Shown one piece after another: positions 19,444 through 29,000 of a stretch of DNA of 64,000 bases (position 1 is the stretch's first letter; every line of letters starts with the position of its first letter). Position numbers and translations under genes: made by a program. The notes beneath the pieces are model-generated. The model had not been told where the DNA came from, made no database searches, and saw nothing but the letters and a program-made list of their open reading frames with translations. This DNA comes from an uncultured bacterium (GTDB taxonomy: Bacteria; Patescibacteriota; Minisyncoccia; UBA6257; 2-01-FULL-56-20): positions 46,363 to 110,362 of the forward strand of contig OY970354.1 in NCBI GenBank assembly GCA_963718515.1. Direction: 5' to 3'.

Positions 19444-20037
19444 TCACTTTCCGAACTTCATCCACTGATTATTTTTCTTGAAATTCTTCCAGTACTGAGA
19501 AGCTTGTGGTTTCATCGCCCCAAAGTATTTGCTTCCAAGCCGCGTCTTGCCATACGGATGTTCCGCGGCGGAAGAAAGCGGCGTAAAGGACATCTGTGCG
19601 ATCGGCATTTTGTAATAAAGTTTTATCGGCAACGGCGAAACATTGTGGAGCTCGAGCGTCATCTTAAGTTTGTTGCCAGGATCAAGATATCCGGCGGTCG
19701 CGTGGATAATCAGACCGATGCGGCCGAGCGATGACTTCCCTTCCAAGCGGCCAACGATATCGTCAGCGACGCCGATCGTCTCGTACGTCATGCCGAGCGC
19801 GAACTCTCCCGGATGGATCACAAACTGCCGCTTCGCATCGATCGTCACCGCTTCCATCATGTGATCGATCGGCTCTTTCGGATCGATGCACACATGTTCT
19901 TTTGTCCGAAAGATGAGAAAGTCCGCCCCGAGGTGCAGATCCACCGACGCGGGCTGGAGCGATTTGGGAAACATCGGCTCGATGACGACACGTTTTTCTT
20001 TGAGCGCTTTCTTGATGTCCCGGTCGGAAAGTATCAT
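19444..20037 (-). CDS. dcd: dCTP deaminase
   Basis: 197 aa. The N-terminus MILSDRDIKKALKEKRVVIEP and overall length are typical of the Dcd/dUTPase superfamily. Confidence 0.8.
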   Translation of the reverse strand: MILSDRDIKKALKEKRVVIEPMFPKSLQPASVDLHLGADFLIFRTKEHVCIDPKEPIDHMMEAVTIDAKRQFVIHPGEFALGMTYETIGVADDIVGRLEGKSSLGRIGLIIHATAGYLDPGNKLKMTLELHNVSPLPIKLYYKMPIAQMSFTPLSSAAEHPYGKTRLGSKYFGAMKPQASQYWKNFKKNNQWMKFGK

Positions 20038-20091
20038 GATTTGATAATTGTAATAACATTTTAGGCGTTGGTCAAAGGGGCCCGCAGAAGA

Positions 20092-20119
20092 TTGCTCGAA
20101 GTGAAAGATGTGATATAGT
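20092..20119 (+). promoter_or_regulatory. sigma-70-like promoter TTGCTC-N16-TATAGT
   Basis: The hexamers at 20092-20097 and 20114-20119 were read directly. The promoter points into a region with no ORF that ends at a strong terminator. Confidence 0.45.
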
Positions 20120-20125
20120 GATATG

Positions 20126-20220
20126 AGAAATACATTAAAACTCTCGAGAGGGCCTCAACCCTCTGAGAAGAACCTCAGGCAACTTGGAGGCATCAGAACA
20201 CTGATGCCTCCGATTTTTTT
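20126..20220 (+). ncRNA. candidate small RNA (~95 nt), class unknown
   Basis: It is bounded by the promoter above and by the terminator GGAGGCATCAG-aaca-CTGATGCCTCC plus T7 (20186-20220). Internal hairpins are AGAGGG/CCCTCT and CTGAG/CTCAG. Confidence 0.4.
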
Positions 20221-20239
20221 CTCTTTTATTATATATATG

Positions 20240-20480
20240 ATGTAGCGCGAACGAACAACAGCACACACGCAATGTGCTTTTGAGGGAAGCCGCCGAGCCG
20301 CGAAGGCGGCGAGGCAAGAGGTGGCCGTTCAGCAGGACGGAACGCCGTGCCCGAGAAAACACATTGCGTGTGTGCTGTGCGGATGAGCGGGTAAGGGGAG
20401 TCGGACCCCTGTTATCTGATTGGCAACCAGATGTAATACCGTTATACGATACCCGCGATGTGCGCCCTGCGCACCATAAA
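20240..20480 (+). ncRNA. candidate structured RNA, class unknown
   Basis: An 18-19-bp perfect long-range helix joins 20259-20276 to 20360-20377. It encloses the hairpin GCC-GA-GCCGC-GAAG-GCGGC-GA-GGC (20292-20315, with tandem G-A pairs) and the helix GGTG..CGCC, whose G-T pair only works on the plus strand. No credible ORF is present. The 3' boundary is uncertain. Confidence 0.4.
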
Positions 20481-20499
20481 ATCAGTTCCTAGTATATCC

Positions 20500-21537
20500 C
20501 TAGTCGTTCCCATTTTCAACTTCCTGGTACGCCGCGCTTGAAATGTCCGCGATCGTTTTCTCCTGGGCCGCAATGCTCGTCGTCCCCTTCGTCATCACGC
20601 ATAGCAGATAGGAATGCCCCGGCGCGTACACGATGCCACAATCGTGTAGTTCCCACTGATATGGCACGCCGCCTGAAGTATATGAAGCCAACCCATATTT
20701 ATGTGATACCACCGTCGAGCTCGGCACTCCCGCAACGATCCCCTGCATAAAGGTCGTTTGCGTCATCAACTTTAATGCCTGTTCCGAATAGTTCCGCGAA
20801 AGATATGTCGCGTTGTAAAGTGTTTTGAACAAAATCGCATATTGTTGAGGCGTCATGATATCGCTCGTGGACGCGGTCACGTTTTCGGTGAGCGGGATCT
20901 GAAGATCCGCATATACGCTCTCAAGATCACTCTGGTCCGCCATGTTCGTCAGCACCGCCGCCGCATCGTTATCGGAATACTTGATCATATATTCTATTAA
21001 TTGTTCCGCTGTATAATCCTGCCCTGGCGTAATGGCGTCAATGGGAGGAATCTCCTGCTGTGTATTCAAATCCGGCACTCCTAGCGGAAAACTCCCCTCT
21101 TCGTCAAGAATAGTGCTCGTATTTTCCGCAAGGGCGTAATACGCCATCATGATCGGCACCTTGCCCAAACTCGCAGGGTAATATTTGTCATTACCATTCA
21201 CACTGGCCCACTTCCCCGTAGTAAAGTCCGAGAAATATACGGAAGTATTGGTGACGTCGCCGGCGGCTTGGTCCCGTGAGACCACCGACTGGATGGCGTT
21301 GATCATCGGCTGATCCTGCGAGAATGTCCTGACACTATTAAAGTTACAGCTGATGAGAGGGCTGATGTATTGGTATCCGGTCAAGCGCAATGGCGGCGGC
21401 AGCGTAATGATGGTCGTCACTTGCTTTAAAAACCATCCGAATCCAAAACTCCCCACGCACGCGAGGATCGCGATGACCCAATAAAGCCTCTTTCTGTAAG
21501 GCGCCTCTTTTGCCATTCCTCTTATTATACTACTCAA
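20500..21537 (-). CDS. membrane-anchored class A beta-lactamase-like serine hydrolase
   Basis: 345 aa with an N-terminal TM. Motifs are SxxK (ASLGK), SDN (YSDNDAA) and a KTG-like HKYG. Confidence 0.6.
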   Translation of the reverse strand: MSSIIRGMAKEAPYRKRLYWVIAILACVGSFGFGWFLKQVTTIITLPPPLRLTGYQYISPLISCNFNSVRTFSQDQPMINAIQSVVSRDQAAGDVTNTSVYFSDFTTGKWASVNGNDKYYPASLGKVPIMMAYYALAENTSTILDEEGSFPLGVPDLNTQQEIPPIDAITPGQDYTAEQLIEYMIKYSDNDAAAVLTNMADQSDLESVYADLQIPLTENVTASTSDIMTPQQYAILFKTLYNATYLSRNYSEQALKLMTQTTFMQGIVAGVPSSTVVSHKYGLASYTSGGVPYQWELHDCGIVYAPGHSYLLCVMTKGTTSIAAQEKTIADISSAAYQEVENGND

Positions 21538-21577
21538 TACGCCCCAGCTTTACGTCTGGGTGCGGAGGGAAAAAAGG

Positions 21578-24500
21578 CTAATTAGAAGGAGCTATCGTAA
21601 ATTGCTTCGCGTTGCTCGTACCATTCGCATTTACAACGGTGACCAGGAAGATCTCGTTCTGAATGACCGGGGTTGTCGTCGTGGAACAAGTCTGGCCGCC
21701 GGAACAGGGCGCCGTCAGCGTAGAAGGCACCCGGAAATTCAATCCTGCCGGAGGGAGAGTCATTTGGGCTACGATGTATTTGCCAAACATAATCGTGTTG
21801 AGCGTCGAAGTAGTGAAGCCGGTGCCGAATATGCTCACATCATTCCCTATCTGACTGCTGATCGGGCTGACGCTCGTGATGACGGGCGGGGTCGGAAGCG
21901 CAGGCGGAGGAGTGACAACCACCACGGGATTCACCGTGATGGTATTGCCCACTTGCTGTGTGCCGCCGGGGCCACTGCACTGCAACGCGTATTCCGTTTG
22001 CATGCCAGCCGCGCTCGGCGTGACGGATTGCGTACCACTCGTCGCCTTGGAACCATTCCAGGTACTGCCAGTCGGACCGATGGCGGCGCAGGCGGTTGCG
22101 TTTGCCGTCGTCCATGTGATGGCAAAAGAGTGACCCAGCGTTATCGCCGCGGTGGGCATTGAGAAGTTTACTGTAGGGATGGGAGGAGGCGCGATTATAA
22201 GGCTTGCTCCATTCACGACAAAGCTCAATGAGTTGCTTGTCTTTCCATTCGATACCACGCTGATGCTATAGGTTCCCGGCTGGATCAGCACGGCAGCTTC
22301 GGAACAGGCAGTTGACGTGCACGAGGGAGGATAGACCGACGGCACGACGAACGAGAGACTCGTGCCATTGGTAGAATTCACCGTCGCTACCTGGCTACCA
22401 GCGAAATCAACGAGGTTGCCGGTAGAAGCGAAACCAGAACCGATGACGGTCACCGCCGTGCCAACAGTGCCGGACGCCGGCGTAAGAGACGTGATGGCGG
22501 GGGTGGGCGTAACGACGGGTGCGGCGTTCACCGTCACAGAGACCGACGCACTACTACTGCCACCCGCATCACTACATGTCACCATATATGTGGAAACACC
22601 TGTCTGTGTGGGAGTTACGGTTATAGCCGCACTGGGTAATAAACCACTTCCGCCAAAAGCGCCGGAATCGGTGCACGTCGATCCGGAAGGGCCAGACCAG
22701 GTGATGACGGTTGACTGTCCGAGGGTGATGATCGTTGGATTCGCCGAAACCGTCACCGTGGGAGTCGACGGCAATCCATTCACCGTGACCGTCGCCGATG
22801 CAGGGGCGCTGGTTCCTCCCGGACCACTGCACGTCATGGTATACGTGTATGTGCCTGGCGTTGAAGGAGTGAGAGTCTGGCTCCCGCCGGTAGCTGAAAA
22901 GCCGGCGGCGCCATTATCCAAGTTACAACTCGTCGCGCCCGAGGACGACCATTTAAGAATCAGGGACTGACCGAGGTCGACGTTATTCGGACTAGCCGAA
23001 AGACTAACGGTCGGGGCGATCAGGATCGGCGTCAACGTGGAGCCCTGCGTTACTGTGAATGACTCCGCGTTGCTCGTCTGGCCGCCCGTAACGACGGACA
23101 CCGAATAAGTACCCGGCTCAACCAATCGGGCAAGCTCTGAGCAAACTCCGTCAGTGCAAGCGGGAGCAAAACTGCTAGGGATGGCGAACGAAAGAGTGGT
23201 GCCATTCGCGGAATTTACCGTGGCGATTTGATCGCCGTTGAATTCAACAACGTTACCCGTCGAAGCAAACCCGGAACCCGAAAGCGTCACCGTTGCACCA
23301 ACGGTGCCAGAGGCGGGGCTCACGCCCGTGATACTAAGAGCGGGGGTCGTAGGAGAAACAGCGCTTACACTTACTCCAACCGCCGAGGTGCCAGTACCTC
23401 CCGTGCCACTGCAGGTGATTCCATAGAGCGCAATATAAGGCAGTAGGCCGGAATCATTAATTGGGGTAACGGTTTGGGAGCCGGTCGTGCCAAGATTCTC
23501 GCCGTTCCAAGAAGTGCCAGCGCCACTACCCGTGCCACTGCAGCTCGTCGCATTTGTGCTGGACCAGGAAAGCGTTGTTGACTGACCAACGCCGATCACC
23601 GAAGGATTCGCAGTAATGGTTACCGCAACGGACTGAGGTGTCGTCGTGGTGTTACCACCCGTCACTAGAGTGAACGGACTCGCGCTTTCCACAAACTCAT
23701 TGGCAGCTGGGTACGCGGTCACGTATATCTCATATGAACCGCTGGGGATCGTCGGATCGCTCGCCCATACGTAGGCGCCGGTATTGGGAACGCTGCTAAC
23801 GATCTCTTTCACATTGCCTTGCGTAACGGGGTTGCGGAGATAGATGCTCAGCGGAATACCTCCGAAAATATCTGTGTTCCAAGTGATGGTGGTAATATTA
23901 CCACCCGGCCCATTGGTCAATGTCTGCCCTCCGCTTGGATAGATACCACCCGCGGGAACCGCGGTCACTCCGCCAATGTAAAAGTCCGGAGTCTGACCGA
24001 TGGCAGAGCCCAAGGTTTCGGTTGTGCCAGTATAAGCTGCACCATAAAACAGCGCGTAGTATTCTCCTGCCGGGATGCCCGATGGGACAAAATAACTAAA
24101 TTGTCCATTGGAATCCGGAACGCCGTCGTTCATGGCGGGGCTATCAATAGCGAAACCCTGGGAAGCCGAGCTGTTCACGGGAACAATCTTTATTCCTGCC
24201 ACAGAGGAATTCGCGGTGCCTATGCCGTGCCATTGGAAGACGATCTCGCTCCCGACGGGAAACACTTCATTGGTAACCGGTGCAGTAAACTCGATCGAGG
24301 AAATTGTGGAATTTGGGGCGGTCGCGGTGGGAGTGGACGTCGTTCCACATCCGAACAACGCATTCAACTCAGCCCTCGTCCCCTTACCCGCATAGCCTGT
24401 GCCGTTCTTTAGGCCCGCCGGCGTGAGAATGATCGATGCATATTTTTCCTGGAACGCGGTGACGGCGGCGGCGGTCTCATCATCAAATGTGCCGTTCACC

Positions 24501-24793
24501 GTTATGGATTCCCCATTTTTCTCCAACGCAGTCTGGAGCGCAGTGACGCCCGCTCCGCTCGCGCCGATCGAGAGATTGGTATTGAACGTATAGCACCATG
24601 CACTTGCCGAGGTCGCTGAACTTGCTGAACCGGCTTGAGATTGAGCCTGTCCCTCGAGAGTTTGCAATTCTGCAAGAAGGCTTTGGATCTCTGCCTGGAG
24701 ACTTGCGACGCTTTGGGTTTGCGCAAGCGAGATGCCCGGCAACACAAATGCCGCTACTGCGATTGCGGCGATGATCTTATTTTTTATATGCAT
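21578..24793 (-). CDS. giant surface protein: signal peptide, coiled segment, PG_binding_1-like domain, then alternating Ig-like and IPT/TIG-like repeats
   Basis: The 1071-aa ORF is intact. The N-terminus is MHIKNKIIAAIAVAAFVLPGISLAQ. The GAGVTALQTALEKNG...FDDETAAAVTAFQEKY segment is peptidoglycan-binding-like. There are three PASGTVG...GSGFASTGN repeats. Confidence 0.75.
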   Translation of the reverse strand: MHIKNKIIAAIAVAAFVLPGISLAQTQSVASLQAEIQSLLAELQTLEGQAQSQAGSASSATSASAWCYTFNTNLSIGASGAGVTALQTALEKNGESITVNGTFDDETAAAVTAFQEKYASIILTPAGLKNGTGYAGKGTRAELNALFGCGTTSTPTATAPNSTISSIEFTAPVTNEVFPVGSEIVFQWHGIGTANSSVAGIKIVPVNSSASQGFAIDSPAMNDGVPDSNGQFSYFVPSGIPAGEYYALFYGAAYTGTTETLGSAIGQTPDFYIGGVTAVPAGGIYPSGGQTLTNGPGGNITTITWNTDIFGGIPLSIYLRNPVTQGNVKEIVSSVPNTGAYVWASDPTIPSGSYEIYVTAYPAANEFVESASPFTLVTGGNTTTTPQSVAVTITANPSVIGVGQSTTLSWSSTNATSCSGTGSGAGTSWNGENLGTTGSQTVTPINDSGLLPYIALYGITCSGTGGTGTSAVGVSVSAVSPTTPALSITGVSPASGTVGATVTLSGSGFASTGNVVEFNGDQIATVNSANGTTLSFAIPSSFAPACTDGVCSELARLVEPGTYSVSVVTGGQTSNAESFTVTQGSTLTPILIAPTVSLSASPNNVDLGQSLILKWSSSGATSCNLDNGAAGFSATGGSQTLTPSTPGTYTYTMTCSGPGGTSAPASATVTVNGLPSTPTVTVSANPTIITLGQSTVITWSGPSGSTCTDSGAFGGSGLLPSAAITVTPTQTGVSTYMVTCSDAGGSSSASVSVTVNAAPVVTPTPAITSLTPASGTVGTAVTVIGSGFASTGNLVDFAGSQVATVNSTNGTSLSFVVPSVYPPSCTSTACSEAAVLIQPGTYSISVVSNGKTSNSLSFVVNGASLIIAPPPIPTVNFSMPTAAITLGHSFAITWTTANATACAAIGPTGSTWNGSKATSGTQSVTPSAAGMQTEYALQCSGPGGTQQVGNTITVNPVVVVTPPPALPTPPVITSVSPISSQIGNDVSIFGTGFTTSTLNTIMFGKYIVAQMTLPPAGLNFRVPSTLTAPCSGGQTCSTTTTPVIQNEIFLVTVVNANGTSNAKQFTIAPSN

Positions 24794-24830
24794 AATAGTT
24801 TATACCTTACCGCTCCGGACCGGGGAGCAT

Positions 24831-24854
24831 TGTTTCAATACCTTTATTGAAACA
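24831..24854. promoter_or_regulatory. 24-nt palindrome TGTTTCAATA-cctt-TATTGAAACA upstream of the giant surface protein gene
   Basis: Two 10-bp arms are separated by 4 nt, located 38-61 nt upstream of the ATG at 24793. Confidence 0.35.
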
Positions 24855-24890
24855 TGGATGCTGGACCAGGTCTACTGTGTATAAACTAAC

Positions 24891-24953
24891 AAAAGAAACC
24901 GGCGTGTTCGCCGAACTATCATCTGCCGGGAGGCGAACACGCCGCTTTCTTTT
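24891..24953 (-). terminator. long hairpin terminator, loop family A, 6 nt downstream of tRNA-Arg(GCG)
   Basis: The stem is 22 bp with one mismatch. In minus sense the 19-nt loop reads TCCCGGCAGATGATAGTTC, which matches the loop at 13870-13888 at 18 of 19 positions. Confidence 0.7.
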
Positions 24954-24959
24954 GTTTTG

Positions 24960-25031
24960 TGCCCCCGCGAAGAATCGAACTTCGATTACAAGATCCGCAA
25001 TCTTGCGTCCTATCCGTTGAACGACGAGGGC
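24960..25031 (-). tRNA. tRNA-Arg (anticodon GCG)
   Basis: A manual cloverleaf gives acceptor GCCCTCG/CGGGGGC, anticodon stem CAAGA/TCTTG, loop TTGCGGA and T-arm CGAAG-TTCGATT-CTTCG. No encoded CCA. Confidence 0.8.
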
Positions 25032-25050
25032 TCGTCGTAGAAGAAGAATA

Positions 25051-25518
25051 CTAGAACCGGAGGAATTTTTCAATGGAATCGATGAGGGTCGGCTGGTGTT
25101 CAATCTCCTTCAAAATGGTCTTGAGATTTGCGCGGAGTTCCGGTAATTTTTCTTCCGGCACGATGAGCGAAAGCGACGGCCGCAGATGTGAACGGAAGTA
25201 GAACGCAACATCCGCCCATTCCTCCCCGTTCGAGTCCACGCTCCAGCTCTCGAACTCCTTCAGTGAATATGATTTATATCCGCCGATATCAATTTCGTTG
25301 TCATTCAATGTGAAGGTAACGACGCGTGGCGCGCGGTTACCCCACACGATGAATAGTATCTCCGCAATCACGATAAAAAAACCGAATAAAAAATCCTTAT
25401 CCCAGACCGAGAACGTGATGATGACCGCCGCCGCGATAATAGAGAGCCAATACCACGACACTTCCTTGTGTCGATACTCAAACTCCGGCGCATCCCATAC
25501 GATCTCAAACTTTGCCAT
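25051..25518 (-). CDS. two-TM membrane hypothetical protein
   Basis: 155-aa ORF. It has two adjacent hydrophobic helices after a short N-terminus and a soluble C-terminal domain. Confidence 0.55.
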   Translation of the reverse strand: MAKFEIVWDAPEFEYRHKEVSWYWLSIIAAAVIITFSVWDKDFLFGFFIVIAEILFIVWGNRAPRVVTFTLNDNEIDIGGYKSYSLKEFESWSVDSNGEEWADVAFYFRSHLRPSLSLIVPEEKLPELRANLKTILKEIEHQPTLIDSIEKFLRF

Positions 25519-25552
25519 AAATCCATTTTAGCACCTTTCCAGGAGAGATAAT

Positions 25553-25581
25553 AAAAATCACCGCCTCACGCGGTGATTTTT
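25553..25581 (-). terminator. intrinsic terminator after hup
   Basis: ATCACCGC-loop-GCGGTGAT is flanked by an A5 run and a T5 run. Confidence 0.7.
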
Positions 25582-25617
25582 ATCTTAAGATACTGAAGAA
25601 GGATCCTTTTTCAGCAA

Positions 25618-25893
25618 TTAGAGCACAGCTTCTTTGAGAAGCTTTCCGGCGCGGAACTTCGGCTTGATCGAAGCCTTGATCTGGATCTTTTCGCCGGTCT
25701 TCGGGTTGCGGCCTTCGCGCGCGGCGCGCTTGGCGACGCGGAACGTGCCAAATCCGGTGATCGCGACTTCCTCGCCGCGGCCCATCGTCTTTACGATCGT
25801 ATCAAAAACGGCGTCTACTGCGCGCTCTGCGGCGGCCTTGGTCTCAATACCGGTGGCCTTCATGACCGCTTCCACCAATCCTTTTTTATTCAT
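25618..25893 (-). CDS. hup: HU family DNA-binding protein
   Basis: 91 aa. The sequence MNKKGLVEAV...GFGTFRVAKRAAREGRNPKTGEKIQIKASIKPKFRAGK is a canonical HU signature. Confidence 0.9.
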   Translation of the reverse strand: MNKKGLVEAVMKATGIETKAAAERAVDAVFDTIVKTMGRGEEVAITGFGTFRVAKRAAREGRNPKTGEKIQIKASIKPKFRAGKLLKEAVL

Positions 25894-25988
25894 GATGATA
25901 ATTAATTTCTTTTTCCCGACCTTTTATGGATTGAACTCCTGTTTAGTATAGCAAAATCAGGGAAAAAGGGCACAAGGGGGCTGAAACG

Positions 25989-26018
25989 AAAATCCCCCGG
26001 CCGAAGCCGGGGGATTTT
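25989..26018 (-). terminator. intrinsic terminator after the 26065..29502 gene
   Basis: CCCCCGGC-cgaa-GCCGGGGG with flanking A and T runs. Confidence 0.7.
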
Positions 26019-26064
26019 CTATCACGCTAAGTCACAAGCGAAGCGCAATTTTGTACTGACGAGA

Positions 26065-29000
26065 CTAGAACTGGCCGCCGACCGGAGACGTCAGACTGAC
26101 GACCGTGATCGGTACCTCATTCGAAGTCAAGCCAATGATCGACGTCGTACCATTCGAACCATCGACATACGTGAAGTCGTTGGAACCATTAATGGTCGCG
26201 TTGAGTGATTGAGCCTGTTGGGCAATTGCCGGAATCTGGCTCAAGTCAGCCCACAGCGTGAACGTGTACGAACTGCCTGCGGTTATGACCGGCGACTTGT
26301 TCGTTGACGTCGCGAAGTTCCACTGGATGCTGTTGGAAGATGTAGCTTCCGTAGCCCAGAGGTCGGACGTTACGATGTTGTTGCCGCTCGTATCCTTCAG
26401 CACGATCGAGTTGACGAAGCCTGGCGTCGTCGTAGCAGCAGCACCACCAAGCGTCAGTTTCAGCGTGCTCGGAATGTTGTCACCCGCAGCGTTTGAAGTG
26501 AAGGTGATCGAACCGATCTGCTGGTTTGGAGACGCCGGAGGCAAGCTCGAAGCCGAAGAAGCTGACACCGCGAGGATGCTTCGCAAGGTCGTCTGGAGGT
26601 TGCCATTCGCACCTGAGAGGGTCACCCCGGCGGTCTTGTTCGACGTTGCACCACGAGCAACCACAGCGAGTGATGTCGTGCTGTTATTCGAATCAGTCGT
26701 CGTTGCGATCTCAAACTGCGAGGTCGTGTTATCCGAGAGCGAACCGTTGGTGTACGATCCCGCATTGCCCTTGAGGGTAAGCGTGACCGAATTGCCCTGC
26801 GGAACGATCAACGGATTGGTGAAGCTGTTGAAGACATAGATGTAACCCGTACCCGACGCATCAGGGGTCGGCGATTGAGCAGTGCCGAGTTCCGTGGAAC
26901 CATTCCACAAACTGACATTGCTGAACGCGGCCTTGACGGTCGTGGTTGCGGAAACCACATCCAAGACATTCAACTGCGTAACCTTTACGTTCTCAACGTT
27001 CGAAGTTTCCGTGAAGCGGAAGGCTGCGAGCGTGTCACCCGTGGAGTTCTGGACGATCTGGCCTGCCGGAGGATTGCTCGAATCTGCAGCAATCGTCAAG
27101 GAAGGATTACCGTTGAAGCTCACCGTCTGGCCGGCATACGTGGTGTTGCTCGGGATATTCACCGAAGTGAACGAAACCGCGCCGCTACCCGTGTAACCGA
27201 CAAGCGATGTCGCAGGGGTAAACGTGCCCGTTGCCGAAGACAACGAATCCGCATACACATCAACATTGATCGTCTGACCGGCCGGGACGTTGAAGGCCGA
27301 ACCCGAGAAGGAATACGTTCCTTCACCGGATACCACTCCTTGTGTCGTACCGAACTGCGTTCCATTCACCAAAACTTTGAGGTTCTGGAATGCAGATGCG
27401 GTGCTGTTAGGAGTGAGCTCAACGCTTACCGTGTTAACGTTCACGCCTTCAGCCGAAGAAGCGCTGAATGCGTATGAACCGATCCTGATGCCCGTCGTAC
27501 CAGCGGAAACATTCTGGCTTCCGAGAGCGTTGTTCGTCGATACCGACAAGCTCGAAGATACGAGCGTCAACGAGACACCCGATACGCCGGAAGTGTTGGC
27601 TGTGCGGCTGGACGTCATACCCTGCAAGTTGCTGTTATCGCCCGTCAAATTGGCGACGATACTAGAGAAACTTGCTGTGGTCTGAATATCCGCTTTGATG
27701 CTGAGGACACGTGTCGTGTTCGCCGGAACAATGTAATTGATCGGCGAAGCGGACGTGCCAAAGCAGTCATTGTAGACACCAGTGCCTGTCGAAGTCGAGT
27801 AGCTGGCTACTGCAGCCGTACCAATGGTACCGCTACCCGATGCGCAGTCATTGCTTGACGGAGGCTGGTTGATCGTAGTGCCAACCTGATTGCCTGCATC
27901 ATCGGTGATCTCAACATTTTGGATCTGTTGGTTAAGAGCCAAAGTGTTGTTCTGGCCGGAGAGTTGGATGTTGAAGTCGAGGTACTTTACCTTGACCGGT
28001 TCACCCGCTGCATAGACATCGTACTTAGCCAACACTACGCCGGATTGACCCTTTGCAATGTTGCCCGTCGGGGTGTTCGAATCCTGAGTGACAGTGATCT
28101 GTCCCGTCAAGATATTCACCGGGGTTCCGGGACCGCTAATGTTGTTGATCGAGACCGGAACGTTATACTGGCTGTCAACAGCCAAAACATCGTAGCCGTT
28201 CAAGATCTCGAACTGGAAGAAGTCGCTCGGAGAACCCATTACGTCAGCAACGATCTGAACATTGTTGTTTCCCGTGTTCAGCTTCGCCGGAGCGGCGGAA
28301 GCATCGAAGTCGGCGAGGCCCGAGGCCGGAACCGAAGCCAATGTTGCGCCAACCTGCGTGCCGTTCACGAGCAACTTTACGTTCTGGAGGTTCGCATTAT
28401 TTGCGGAACCAATGACGTGGAAGTTGATGTTATTCAACCATACAGGGCTGTTGCCAACCGTGAAGTTCCACGAACCAACAATGTTGCCCTGCGTACCAGC
28501 CGTCACGGTCGTACCGATTGAGGTCGAAGCGACGGATACGGTTGCGAGGGAAGGATTCGTGACGGACGTTACCGTGAAGACATTACCCGTCAACGGGAAC
28601 AAGCCGGTCGAAGTGATCGCATTGTTGTTGGCATCCCACGCGGTCACATCAGATGCCGCCGGCATAGCGAAGGCAGTGGTGTTACCCGCGGAGAGACCGC
28701 CCGAAATATCAATCGCGAGCGTGAGCGTGACGGTCTGGCCTGCCGGAATCGACAAGGTCATACCGGAGAAGCTCAATAAGCCCGAGTTGAGCGAATTGTA
28801 CTGGGAGAGCACCTGACCATTCTCGATCAAGTATGCACCAGAAATTGCGCTATCCGACGAGAACGCCCGTCTTCTGGAAGTTTACGCCAGAGAGGGTTAC
28901 CGCGCCCGAGTTGCCGGCGGTGAAATTCACTGCCAACACCGGAACGCGCGCCGAACCCGAGCTTGCGCTCGAGATCAACGAGCCGGCCGCCGGATTAGTG

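Noticed and set aside
20135-20362. 75-aa minus-strand ORF
   Set aside because: It lies across a plus-strand terminator and the long-range helix of the candidate structured RNA, and it has no RBS.
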